From Trypanosoma brucei (Eukaryota), in the NCBI GenBank assembly GCA_000002445.1, contig CM000207.1, positions 1 to 64,000 of the forward strand: a stretch of DNA of 64,000 nt. Direction: 5' to 3'. Numbering within the stretch: the first letter of the stretch is position 1; each line of letters begins with the position of its first letter. A program made the position numbers and the translations under genes. Shown piece by piece: positions 1-12,307 of the stretch. The notes beneath the pieces are model-generated. The model had not been told where the DNA came from. It was given only the letters and a program-made list of their open reading frames with translations, and did no database searches.

Positions 1-1600
1 ATTATAATATTCGTATATACACACTCACAACACTCTCTTATTATTATCATTATTATTATTATTATTATTATTACTGCTTATATTATAATATTCGTATACG
101 CACACTCACCATACTCTGCTATTATTATCATTATTATTATTATTATCATTATCTTTACTGCTCTTATTATATTATTAGTATATACACACACACTCACAAC
201 ACTCTCCTATTATTATCATTATTATTATTATTATCATTATCTTTACTGCTCTTATTATATTATTAGTATACGCACACTCACCATACTCTCCTATTATTAT
301 CATTATTATTATTATTATCATTATCTTTACTGCTCTTATTATATTATTAGTATATACACACACACTCACAACACTCTCCTATTATTATCATTATTATTAT
401 TATTATCATTATCTTTACTGCTCTTATTATATTATTAGTATACGCACACTCACCATACTCTCCTATTATTATTATTATTATTATTATTACTGCTATTAGT
501 ATAATATTTGTATATACACACTCACAACACACTCCTATTATTATCATCATCATTATTATTATTACTGCTCTAATTATAATATTTGTATATGCACACACTC
601 ACAACACTCTTCTATTATTATTATTATCATTACTATTATTATTACTGCTCTTATTATAATATTCGTATATACACACACTCACAACACACTCCTATTATTA
701 TCATCATCATTATTATTATTACTGCTCTTATTATAATATTCGTATATACACACACACAACACCCTCCTATCATCATCATTATTATTATTATTATTATTAT
801 TATTAGTATAATTATTACTGCTCTTATTATAATATTTGTATACACACACACTCACAACACTCTCCTATCATCATCATCATTATTATTATTATTATTATCA
901 TTATTACTATTATCACTATAATTATTATTATTACTGCTCTTATTATAATATTCGTATATACACACTCACAACACCCTCCTATCATCATCATTATTATTAT
1001 TATTATTATTATTATTAGTATAATTATTACTGCTCTTATTATAATATTTGTATACACACACACTCACAACACTCTCCTATCATCATCATCATTATTATTA
1101 TTATTATTATCATTATTACTATTATCACTATAATTATTATTAGTACTGCTCTTATTATAATATTTGTATATAAACACACTCACAACACTCTCCTATTATT
1201 ATTATTATTATTATTACTGCTATTAGTATAATATTTGTATATACACATTCTGACAACACTCTCCTATCATTATTATTATCATCATTATTATTATTATTAC
1301 TACTCTTATTATAATATTCGTATATACACACAATCACAACACTCTCCTATTATTATTATTATTATTATTATTACTGCTATTAGTATAATATTTGTATATA
1401 CACATTCTGACAACACTCTCCTATCATTATTATTATCATCATTATTATTATTATTACTACTCTTATTATAATATTCGTATATACACACAATCACAACACT
1501 CTCCTATTATCATCATTATTATTACTGCTCTTATTATAATATTCGTATATATACACACTCACAACACTTTCCTATTATTATTATTATCATTATTATTGTA
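1..1600 (-). repeat. VSG-associated 70-bp repeat array, reverse orientation, ~20 units, continues past the left window edge
   Basis: Tandem ~75-85 bp units, each with a (TAA/TTA)n tract plus the conserved core ATTATAATATTCGTATATACACACTCACAACACTCTC (reverse complement of the canonical GAGAGTGTTGTGAGTGTGTATATACGAATATTATAAT). Six-frame ORFs here are low-complexity I/Y-rich translations of the repeat. Confidence 0.9.
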
Positions 1601-1870
1601 CCACTAAATAATATCCATAAAGCTTATAAATAAAACAAAAAAATTAAATTTTAAGACTCTATCACCATTTTTCTTCACACCTATAGGTCCCTGTCATGCC
1701 AAAAATTCGTATTTTTTCGTTTCCGAAATTTTCAAAAATATGCAGAGTTTAATCTAAAAGTGTCACAATATATCGAATATTTCAGATGTGCGAAAAACTC
1801 ACAAAATAGCATCGTTACATAAAATTTATGGAATGGAGCAAAAATCCTTTAGAAATAACTCTTAAAAGTT

Positions 1871-3313
1871 TTATGCTAGAATCAAAAATGCAAGCCAAAG
1901 ATGGGCCTTGTGAATGACAATAGAATTGCTACCTGTGGTGTTTTGGGTTTCTGCTGTTCCTGTTTCTTCAACTTGAGCTATGCATTTGTCATTTTTTAAT
2001 TCGCATCCATCTTCTGTTTTGCATTTTTTTGTCATTTATCGCTTTGCATTTGTCGCTTATTTCTTTTCTCACTCCAGGACTGCTTGATGCAGTTGCTGCC
2101 GCCCTTGAGTCTATGAGCTGTTTGCCTTTCAAAAATGTTAGAACTTTTGCGGCGCCGTCGCTCCCTGCTGTTTCGAAGATCGTCTTGTCAAATGTCGTTT
2201 CTATTACTTTCAGATTGAGTGGCGCCTTCTCGATTGAATCTGTTATTTGTGCTGTGAACGGGTTTTGGTTGCTGCCGAGGTAGGTGTCTGTTATTCCCTT
2301 TTTTGACTGCGGCTCTGTTGGTGCTTTGCCACCTGGGTTTATCAGGTCCGTTAGAGCTTGCAGTGGTTTGTCGTTTGCTCTAACCGTTGCCATGATATTC
2401 GGTGTATTGGCGTATAAGTGGGTTTTTTGAGCTGAAGGATGCTGCAGAGTGCATTGCCTAGAGTATCCTTGTCGTATTCTGAGTACGGAACTGTGTCGCT
2501 GACTTTGGCGCACGCTTTTGTTACCACATTTGTGAACAGATTGACGTCAACGGTTTTGTAGGCCGTTGTTTGCTCAGTTAGTCTGGTTGCCATGGGGTTG
2601 GTCCTTTGATTTACGAAGTCGTTGCCTTGCTCTATGCATGCTCCATGTTGCGTGGCTGATGCAGTTGGTGTTGTTGTTACTGTGCCTTTACAATGTTTTG
2701 TTACTGTGAACGTTGTTGGCGGCTTTGCAAGGTCGACCAATTTGATTTTCGTGTGCTCGGTCGGTTCTATGTCCGCTGCTTTTACGCCACCGGTTTCAGA
2801 TTCAAGTGTGCAGTTCGTTGTATCTGCTGTGAAGGACGCTGTGCTTGTGCACGTTGCCATTCCTGTTACGCTGCTTAGTGATTGTCCAGACTGGGCTTCA
2901 GAGCTAGAGACGTTCGCCGTCTCCGGCTGTGTTTTGTGTAATGTCAGCATGGTGGCTTCCTGCTGCTTGATTGCTCGGAAGGCTCTTTCGTATACTTGGC
3001 TCTCCTCATTGGTTTGGCTGTCCAGCGTGTGTGGGTCTGTTTCGGTTACCGCCATTGCAAGAAAAGTTATGTGACTCGGCTTCTCTTGGCTGAAAGCGGC
3101 TTTTATTCTGTAAGCTAATGCTGCTTGTATTGCTTGCCGGCGGATCGCTATTGCAGAGGGCAGAGATTGCTCTAGTTTTCTTGCCAATTTGTGAAGGTAC
3201 TGCGCCGCGGCGCAAGCAGTTGATACTGCCTTCGTCGCCGTGTCCTCTATTTCTGCGGCTCCTACAGGCATGCTACTGACAAGTGTCATAACAAATGCGT
3301 GCCACAGGCTTTG
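1871..3313 (-). pseudogene. VSG pseudogene (a-type-like) with frameshift and lost start
   Basis: Minus ORFs 2351..3289 and 1989..2513 are in different frames. The C-terminus reads ...NTTGSNSIVIHKAHLWLAFLILA*, a GPI signal, ending at the stop at 1871-1873. Upstream of the first Met the frame stays open (QSLWHAFV-) with no signal-peptide Met. A reverse-complement 16-mer-like GTGTCACAATATATCG lies at 1760-1775. Confidence 0.75.
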
Positions 3314-4104
3314 TTACTTCATTTTTCTATGCTGTTTTGCTTTGACCAGAGACGAAGAGCTGTTTTATCGCTTGAATGGGGTCTTACTGCCTCATATGGT
3401 GTCGGTATATGAGGAAAACGGCAAATGCACACCTGTGTTTATTATGTCTGTAGCCCTTTGTGTTTTGTGTTGGTTCCTAATTTTTTAAGTTGCTACGTTT
3501 CCCAATATTGTTCTCTATTTAAATCCTTTTCCTCCTTTTATTCACTATGTCAACACATTTCACGCGGCACTATTTACCTTTATTGACATATCCTGCTGTT
3601 GGTAAAACTTGCAAGTGCTTCACGGCCATTTTGATTTGCCCCTCGTCGGCTTCAGTGCTAATAGCCTTGAAACGCCATCAGATTAAGCACAACCTCCGCA
3701 AAAATATCTTCCTTTGTACCAAAATATTTTCTAATAAAATATTTGGCGCCATCGGGTCCTTTTCATTAATAAGTATCTTCCGTCCTGTGCTTCTCAATTG
3801 TTTTACACTGTCATTTTATTCTTTATTTTTCATTTTCTTCGCCTGCTGTCGCTTTTTCTGTTAATAAAGTCCAGACCGCATTTATCTTGTATAGTGAACT
3901 CTGTTTGTCAATCATTCCCTTGTGCATAATAATGCCCACCTCTGTGTCTGTGCAGGAAAATTCGCATATTCTATCTCCTTTTCCATTTTCCTTCCTGAAT
4001 TCCTTCAATAATAATATTCCACGTACTCTCCATCTTGCTCATTGTTTCTTCTAACTCACTCGCTCTCACATAACCTTTGCTATCGTTTTAACTTCTCGCA
4101 TTTT

Positions 4105-4215
4105 TCTCTTCCACTTAGTCATTATTATCATTACTGCTCTTTTTATTACATTAGTATGCACACACTCCCAACACTTTCCCATTATCGCTGTTAATATTAC
4201 TATTACTCATAACTC
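4105..4215 (-). repeat. Single 70-bp repeat unit (reverse), upstream of the minus-strand VSG at 1871..3313
   Basis: ...attattatcattactgctctttttattacattagtatgcacacactcccaacactttccc... Confidence 0.75.
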
Positions 4216-4399
4216 TAAATAATATCCATAAAATAAACAACATAAGACAAATTAAAATATCACTCATTTTTCATACCGTGCCACCCTACTAATTAAAACC
4301 TATAAGCAACTTTCACACCAAAATTTCATATTTTCAGTTGCTGAGAAAGTGTTAAAATATGACAAAAATAGCTAAGTTTATAAATTATATAGAGTTTCA

Positions 4400-5900
4400 T
4401 AAAACTGAGAAGAATTATTTTAGAATATTAGAATGCTAGAATTCAACGAAAAACTAGCACAGCAAGCACCTGAGGAACAGAAACTCTCAAATTGCGAGAA
4501 AACGATTTTTCATTTTACTTGTCAGTTTCAACTGCCGGAAAGCATCTTTCACCCTCAGGCTTTTTATCATCAAAATCACAGCCAGTTTCATCTTTCCAAG
4601 GTTTCTCTGTTGTATGCTTTTTGCATTCGTCTGCTGTTTTAGGTGGATCTGCTGGTTTGTCTGCTTTTGATGGACATGAGGAGCCAGCTTGGTGTTTCTT
4701 TTTTTCTTCCTGTTCCTTAATGAAACGGCGAACAGTGTAACATGTTGCGGCATCTGGGATTTCTTGCGGTGCTGATATTGTCTTCAGTTGTCTGTCGCCA
4801 TTTCCTCCTACAGCGGCTTTAGGTTGTGTCAGGTCGTCAAGCGACTTCTCTACTGTGTTTTTAATCTCTTCTCCATTTTTGCCAATGGATTTCTTTAGTA
4901 AGTTATCTACTTTGGTTTTAGTCTCTTGGTTTCTGTACTTTGCGTTTTCGCCGTCTATGGCTTTCGCTGTTTTTCCTTGAGAGCGCCACTTGTTATTACC
5001 GTTTTTAAGTCCAGGTTTATTGTTAGCTGGCTAAGCTCAGAGGTTACCTTTTCTAGGACTGCTATGTTTTTTTAGCTCTGCCGCAATGGTTTTGGCGCTC
5101 GGTATGGCCGTGTTGGCTGTAGATGCTGTATACTCTTCCTTTCCACAGTCTGTTTTGCGCGTTAGTTTAAGTGCTTCTTCGACGAATAGGTTGCCGTCTA
5201 CTACCGCTAGTTTTGTGGTTTGTCCGCTGATGCAGGCGTTGCTGGCTGTGTGTTTGTATGTGGCCGCCGCATGTGCGCACACCGTGAGTACTGAGGCCAC
5301 TGCGGCGTTGGTTACAGTTACCGTTTTTAAGCTGATTAATACGATTGAATTCGTTCTTGTGCTGTCTGCCGTCGGCGGTGTTACATCAATGTCTCGGGCG
5401 GTGGCATCCCGCATGCAAGCCGCGTTTTCGTTGGTTTTTGTCGTCGGTTGGATTTTCGAGTAACTTTTGTCAGAAAATCTGGTTTTTGCTGTGACAAAGT
5501 TAGAGGAATCAATGGCAGCTGTTGCTAGCTCCGCTACAGCTTCCATTTGGCCACAGAGCTTGTAAGCTGATCTCGCCGCAGCGTAGATCTTCTGACGGTG
5601 CTTATTTACTTTATTTTGTACTTCATTGACCGACTGCAGCAGTGTTTGCGCCAGAAGATTGTCGACAAGCGACGGTTGGCCGCTTGATGCTTGAGCTACT
5701 ATCTGTAGCTTAGCCGCTGTAGCAGCTTCTGCAACGCTCTGCTGTGCTCCTGTTGTTAATATGGCCAGAGCGTTGTCTGCCAGTTCCTTTAGATAATCTG
5801 CCGTATGTCATGTTTTTTTGCTGCCGCCTTCAGTGGGTGCAGAGTAGGGGGGCCGACTGCATTTCTTGCTGCGAATAGAGCTAATAGAATGTATACTCTT
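4400..5900 (-). pseudogene. VSG pseudogene with multiple frameshifts and a truncated C-terminus
   Basis: Minus ORF 5037..5546 is a VSG N-domain-like sequence. Reverse translation of 4515..4700 gives a Cys-rich C-terminal domain (CKKHTTEKPWKDETGCDFDDKKPEGERCFPAVETDK*) with no in-frame GPI signal. A signal-peptide-like VYILLALFAARNA lies near 5890 without an in-frame Met. A reverse-complement 16-mer GTGTTAAAATATGACA is at 4349-4364. Confidence 0.65.
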
Positions 5901-7189
5901 ACATGCAATCCCGGTAAAGGTACATGTGTCAACGTTACTGTTAAAGTCCGTCGGAAGTTCTGGCCGTTTCTGGTTTGCTGGTGCATCGCTACCTTCTTTT
6001 GTTTTTTGAGAGATTTATTGCTCTTCAAGGTGCCAAAAGTGGGAAATTGTACGCCATATGATAAAAGAATGTTTCTAGAAAAATAGAACTCAGTTGAGCT
6101 AAAATTGTCCACTTTAAAAAAAACTTTATAATTGTACATCTATATCTCAAACAGTTAAGATTTGTTTTTTTTGCTTCTAATGCACCCCAACTTCTTTTGT
6201 GCTTCTGCAACTGAAATGAAGATATAACGCTGGCTTTTCTGCCTCACACGTTGATATTTTCATTTTTTACAATAATACTGGCTTACTTTAGACCTCTTTC
6301 TTTTTTTTCTTGGAAATTAATATACTGGTTTCAAAGTTTTTCCTGAAGTTTCTTGATGCTTTCCGTCACTGCCGCGTCAGTGCGTATTCTTCTGGGAATT
6401 AACTGTTTCCTGAAATCCCTTAATGTGTGGCAAGTTTAGCAATACGAAATGGGAAGAGTATCATTACAATTTTTTTGTAATTTATAGACACCATCTATCG
6501 CATCATATACGTTGAATTTCAAGCCTTTTTTTCCTTTTGATTCTCCTTTCGCTGTTAAAACTAGTATATTAGAGTTCTTAGTTTTAAATTCTCATCCACA
6601 TAATATAATATTGTTGCCGAAAAATGTTACTAAATTTTAGTGTATTTGTTAAGAAGAGGCTTTTGACATTATATAAACTTACCCAGTCCATCACCATCTT
6701 TTACCCTTTACAGCTAGACATTATGATCGGTAATCAGAGTAAAAACAATAGTCACCACAATCTCTGGTGTAGTATCTATCTTTTTTTAAAGAAACGCAGT
6801 GCATCATCGACAACTCCTCTTCCTTCTAAAGTATTGTTTCCCCCGGTGTTGTGATATCCGTATCGTCTTGTTTTTTTTTCATATTTTCTTCCTTTTCAAT
6901 TAGTTTTCTATCGATGCTTCTGTGGGAAACGTAGCAAAACTATTTTTCTTGTGTGATAGACTCTGTCACTCCACAATTGTCCACTTAATAACATCCTTGT
7001 ATGATAATATATTTCATCCTATTTGTGTTTAAAAATGCATATATTCCATCTCTCTCCTTTTTCTTTAATAAAAATTCTTTATGCTCTCCGATTACTACTC
7101 CAATTCACTCACTTATTAGAATTGCACCCTTGTTATTAATTAAGTGTCTCTCTTTAGTGGTTTCGGCTAACCCACTACACATCTATTAT

Positions 7190-7262
7190 AATATTAGTGT
7201 AAACAATCTCATAATACTCTCCAATAACTATCATTATTATTACTATTATAACCCTGACTGAT
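7190..7262 (-). repeat. Single 70-bp repeat unit (reverse)
   Basis: TTA-rich tract plus ...ctcataatactctccaataactatcattattattactattataa... Confidence 0.65.
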
Positions 7263-7470
7263 ATCCATAAAATTAAAAAATAAGCAAAATAAAACGAATT
7301 AAGGAAATTATAATAGCACTCATTTTTTATACACTATCACCTTGCTAATTTTCACCCATAGGACACAATCATAAAACTTTTAGCACACTTCATAAAATTT
7401 TAGCGAATTTTCTCAAATATCAAATCGCATAAAATTCATAAAATTGAGCAAGGGTCTTTTACAAACTTAA

Positions 7471-8922
7471 TTATAGAATCAAAAATGCGAGCAAAAGAGG
7501 CTCCTTGTTAATGAAAAAAGAATTTCTTCCTGTGGTTTTCGTGGTTTTTCCATCTTCTTTTGCTGCCTCTTTCTTTTTTGGTTTGTAATCCGGATATACT
7601 ACACATTTTTTATTTGGTCCGTCACCGTCCCGTTTACAGCCATCTTTGCAAGTATATCCTGCTACTTTGGCCCCGCACTTTCCATCTGTTTGTCATGTTT
7701 TTTTTTTCTTTTCTTGTCATACCCGAGCTGCCGCAAGCCGGAGTGCTATGCCCTTGAAATAGCTGCTTTCCAGGGCTAGGTCAGCGCCTGTTGCTATGCT
7801 GTCTAGAGTTCCTTCCAAATCTTGAGTTCCTTTTTTGTATTTTGCCTGCTTGGTGTAGAGGCCGGTGGTATATCGCTCTCTGAAGGCTGTAGCATCGTCG
7901 TAAGTACTTTTGATGTGTTGTCTGATTTGCTCGGCTTCTTTGTCTTCTGATTGTGTACCTGCCGGGATTTCAATTGTTAGAAGTTGGGCTGCAATGTACA
8001 AAAAGTCGGTGTCACCGATTAAGGTGTCTATTGTTGTCCTTTCTAGGCCGATCGTTGGAGGTGCTTCTGCCTTTTTTGCTTTGCACAGCAGTGATGTTAA
8101 CTTTGCTGCCGACGGGATTTTTTTTTGTGGATCTTCTGTCTGGGCCTCCCAGCTCTGGTTCAGTCGTTAAGCTTTTTTTGTTTGTAATAGCTCGCCTCCA
8201 TATGTTGTGCCAGCCGATTCTGCTACCATCGAAATGCTGCTGAGCGTTGTCTCTGTGGTAGATGTCGTTTGGCATCTGCCGCTGTTGTCTGTGTCGAGGG
8301 CCGTTGAAAGCGTGAGTTCCAGGTCGTAGCTGCTCAGTTCGACGTCTATCTCCGGTTAAGTAGCTGCCTTTACCTTGGTTGCCCGGATTGCCGAGATTTC
8401 CTGCCATTCTAGCGGTGGGTTGCTTACTGTTGTTGGGTCGCATTTGTGTTCGACGTGCTTGTTCCACGTCTTTGTAGCTTTTCATTTGGTGTTTGTTGCT
8501 TGTCTGTCGTTTTGTGAGATTGTTATCGACGTATAAGACTGTGCCCGCCCTTGGAGATAACTTATGCACTGGAGAATTCCTTCTCTGACGCCGGTTAGTG
8601 TTTTCTTGTAGGTCGATCCTTTGGCTTTGGTTTTGTCTATTTTTAGCCGGCCAAGAAAAGCCAGTGCCGAGTAGGCATTTTGTTCTGTCGGCGTTGTTGC
8701 TTTTGCTGCTTTAAGTTGCCATATGTGCATCAGCTTGTCTGCTTGCTCGACATCGGTGTCGGTTATCGAAATTATGGACTTGAAATCCTCTGCTACTTTA
8801 TGCAGATATTTGGTCTCGTTGCAGAGAGAGGTTATGGCACTTTCGGCTTCGCTTTCGGCCGTTGCGTTTTGTATCTTTAGCATAGACAGAGTTAACACCA
8901 GTACATGCTATTGGTTGTTGGG
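7471..8922 (-). pseudogene. VSG pseudogene with an in-frame stop in the signal peptide and internal frameshifts
   Basis: Reverse translation of 7471..7700 gives ...CKDGCKRDGDGPNKKC...TTGRNSFFINKEPLLLAFLIL*, an intact GPI signal ending at the stop at 7471-7473. The N-terminus reads MVQPNNQ*HVLVLTLSMLKIQNATAESEAESAITSLC. Minus ORFs 7717..8001 and 8482..8898 are in different frames. Confidence 0.75.
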
Positions 8923-9299
8923 CTGAACCATCTTACTTTGTGGTCTTTCTTCCCTTTCTTTTCGTATTGCTTATAATTGTTAGTTACTTTTGGGGCTGAG
9001 TGGTGAGTATATTTTTTTCAATTATTCCAACCCTATCGACACTTAGGACGCTAACAGGGACGCGAAACTGAGGGTATGAAATATATCTTTTAGCTTTTGA
9101 TGTCTTCCTGGCGGCATGTCAAATTGCCTACATGAATAAGCACCAGTCATTTGGATGATATTTGGCTGTGCTGTGGTTGTAAAGGAAAGCTATATTGACC
9201 GTCTATTTGGTTGGGGGAATTTCGATGCTTGTATTTTTCATTAAATTCCATGTAATATCTGCTTATAAAAATACAAGCCGCATTCACCCGTTATCCGTC

Positions 9300-10795
9300 A
9301 AATTCCAATGTATTGTCAAGCGGTCGAACATCTCTATTTCTATACCGCACAACGAAAAACCTCTTTTCAGATCTCAAACACTTACAACTCTGATTTCTGT
9401 GTGCTTCTAATGCGGTTCAAATCCTGGTCTACGGATTGATCTGTAATAACGACATAACGCTGTCATTTTTGTCGTAAGGATGAGTTTTGTCATTTCAAGT
9501 GTTATCCAGTCCTCCTGGTGTTGTCTTTCATCTAATCAGTGCCCTGGTATAGAGGTAAAGTACAATGCTCGTTGCAGATAGTACCGGAGTGGATCCCAGC
9601 TGGCGGCAAGTATTTAGCTTACACTAAGAATGGATCTGCCTCAACATGCCGCCAGGGTCCAGTACCAGAAGAGAAATCGACTGGGAAGCCGAATGTTCCA
9701 TCCAAACGGCGGCCGCAACACAGGATCTGACGCGCCCGCTCCGTGGGGAGAGAACTATTACTAAGTATTCCACGGTCCAGCGCCCTGCTCAGGTAGAGGA
9801 ACCCAAATTACTGATGCAACCCCCGTCTGGGGAAGCAGACGGATATGGTAAACATGGTTCAGATGCAATGCAGGAGAGTATGGAATCGAATGGGCGTCAA
9901 ATGGAGGACGCTACGCTTAACAAGGTCGCGGGCAGTCTGCCACCCGTGGGTATAGATTCATCAAAAAAAAACAGGGGGTTTTAGTGGGTAGGAACGCCGG
10001 TATCAAGCGTTGAGCCCCATACTACACCATGTCCTCGTGGTGTGGTGTGTGTAAATGCATTTCCTCCTTACAATTGGATAGAGGAATGCATGGTCCTGAC
10101 GTTTGTTAGAGGGAAAATCAAAAAAAATCATTTCCACCGCTGTATCAGTCTTGATTCGTTTTTTATTTGTCGTTGTAGGCGTAGCCAGCGCCGTACAAAG
10201 CTTCAAGTAATTTTTTTGAAGTGTTGATTTTTTTTCGGTTATCCGCTGTTCCCTATTTAAAAATTTCTTCCGAAGTGTCTGCTGTCCGTCTGCTAAGTGT
10301 TTGAAAGCCTTTCGAAACCGAAGTTTCAAAGCTTCTGGTATGGGAAGATGGTATTTTTTTGAAAGGTTATGGCTGGTGTCGCGGTACTTGCAACGTCATC
10401 GTAGATCCACCTCAGTTATACGAATTTAGGATCATCATGGCCCTCAAAGAAGCCCTTTGTCGTTGGCTCCTTGTCTCCAGCTTCAACGTTAGGACACTTC
10501 TGAGCGTTCTTAAGAACTGCGACTTTTTGTTCTTCCGATACTGTCAGATTGATCTTTTGTAACATGGTCACGATTCCACTCATCACATCGAATATAGGCT
10601 TTTTCTTCCCTTTCTAGCCTTCCGTCACATGTGGCTGAGGAATTGGTTTCGCCAAAAGCCGATACAGCTTGCAAATGGCTCTGAACTCTTTTGCATTTTC
10701 GTCTGCTGCGCTTAAGTTGGATCCAGTAATAACGACAGAGAATGCTGTTTTTTAAGAACATCTTGTCGCTTCCTCAGTTCTACTGCTGATTAAAG
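9300..10795 (-). pseudogene. Possible highly degenerate VSG pseudogene
   Basis: Minus-strand translation near 10700..10790 gives ...AFSVVITGSNLSAADENAKEFRAICKLYRLLAKP, an a-type VSG mature N-terminus motif of the form A.NA.E...LC.LY. No convincing C-terminal GPI signal was found and the body is riddled with stops. Confidence 0.35.
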
Positions 10796-11999
10796 AGAGG
10801 CAAAACAAGCTGCAGAAAATTATATAAATGTGAAATTATACATGTTATAGGAAACTACCCGAAGCTCATGTAGAATGCAGCTTCACGGCTACGGCTGTTC
10901 ACTTAAAACAGCTGTTAGTTAATACAAAGAGTCTCCACTTTACATCTAATATATACCACTGTGTATCTATCTAAAAAATTAACATTTACTGGCTCTGTGT
11001 GTTTCTAGTGCGTTACAACTCCTGTTGTGCGGATGCATCTCGAATAACGGTGTAATGCTAGGATTTCTACTGTACACATAACATTCATCTTTCCTTACTG
11101 CCATTCTGATTTGTTGGCAATTTCTTTCTTCTCTTTGCCGTCTCTCGTTTTCATAACTTCAATTTGTGCTTTGACTTTTTGTAATTTTCTGTCAATTGAG
11201 AGAAAACGTGTATTCTTTTGTGAATTAGAGGCTCTTTAAAGAGTTTAAATTTCTCACCTGTGTAATAAATTGGAATTAGTGGAGTCTCGCCGTTAAGTCC
11301 TGATGCTTCATAGAAATCGCCAATCGCTTCGTATATGTTCTATGTTAAGGACATTTCGCGATTTTTTTCCTCATTTTTTGTCTACGGTAATCCACTAGTA
11401 GAACAGATTTTAATATTCCTGTCGCTGTAACATCATATTGTTTCTAACAAATGTTGGACATAATTACCATATATGATGAGACGAAGATTTCAACTTTACA
11501 CTGCACATTTTCAACCTCTTCCTCATTCTGCTTCAAAGCTGGATATTAGGACTTACCATCAGAAGACTATATTTTCCACAGACGTCACCTCTGCAGTAGC
11601 ATATATTTACTTTTGAGTGAAATGTGGGGCATAATCTTATCCTGTATCATTTGTTTCGTGGTCTACTGTGCCGCGCATCCCATTGCTACATTCTACATTT
11701 TTCCTTCTTTTTTGTTGGCCCTGTTTCTTCTAATAAAGAAGAAACATCATTTGGGCTGCACACTTCCAATTCCCCATAATTTCTTCGTCCACTATCTACC
11801 TTTGTATACTGATGCACATAATCATATTTGTGTTTGAAACTTCTCATATACCATTACCGTCTCTTCTCTGTCTTTCAGCCTTCCCTTTAATAATATCCGT
11901 TGTTTCGTCTTATCTTCTTTAGAAATCACTGGTATACCCACTAACTTAATCTTATTACACTCTTGCCTTTGTTTTACGTGCTTATTGTTTTTTTTCAAG

Positions 12000-12060
12000 T
12001 CGTGCTGCACCACCACTATTATTATAATATTACTGTAACTGCAACCTAAATTACTCCTAT
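12000..12060 (-). repeat. Partial 70-bp repeat (reverse)
   Basis: ...cactattattataatattactgtaactgcaacctaaattactcctattatc... Confidence 0.5.
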
Positions 12061-12307
12061 TATCTATAAGTTGACAAAATAAATCAAAAACGTTTTACCC
12101 TATCACCCTACTGATTTGCACTCGTATACCACTATCATGCTCATTTCAACATGTTTTTCTTGTTTTTTCTTTTCGAAATTTCCCTTTATTGCATGTTTTT
12201 ATAAAAAAGTGTTAAAGTATCTCCAATTTTAGAAAAATTTGTAAATTTTTACAAAACAGAAAAATTTCATAAACTTCATAAATTTAGACAAAAATATTTT
12301 ATAAACT

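Noticed and set aside
1-1600. Possible CRISPR array (regular direct repeats)
   Set aside because: Units are contiguous, with no unique spacers. The sequence context is eukaryotic (kinetoplastid VSG array), and the repeat is the known VSG 70-bp repeat.
175-1607. Multiple 60-110 aa ORFs (I/Y/M-rich) across the first 1.6 kb
   Set aside because: They are translations of the TAA/TTA-rich 70-bp repeat in several frames. Low-complexity repeat DNA, not genes.
8012-8569. 185-aa minus ORF (R/K/Q-rich, ...GDRRRTEQLRPGTHAFNG...)
   Set aside because: Out-of-frame read through the body of the VSG pseudogene at 7471..8922, with a biased composition and no motifs.
9020-11600. Possible rRNA or tRNA genes in the GC-rich patch
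   Set aside because: No cloverleaf-compatible stems, no A/B-box pattern, and no resemblance to kinetoplastid 5S or SL RNA sequences that I can recall. Reported as an unexplained GC island instead.
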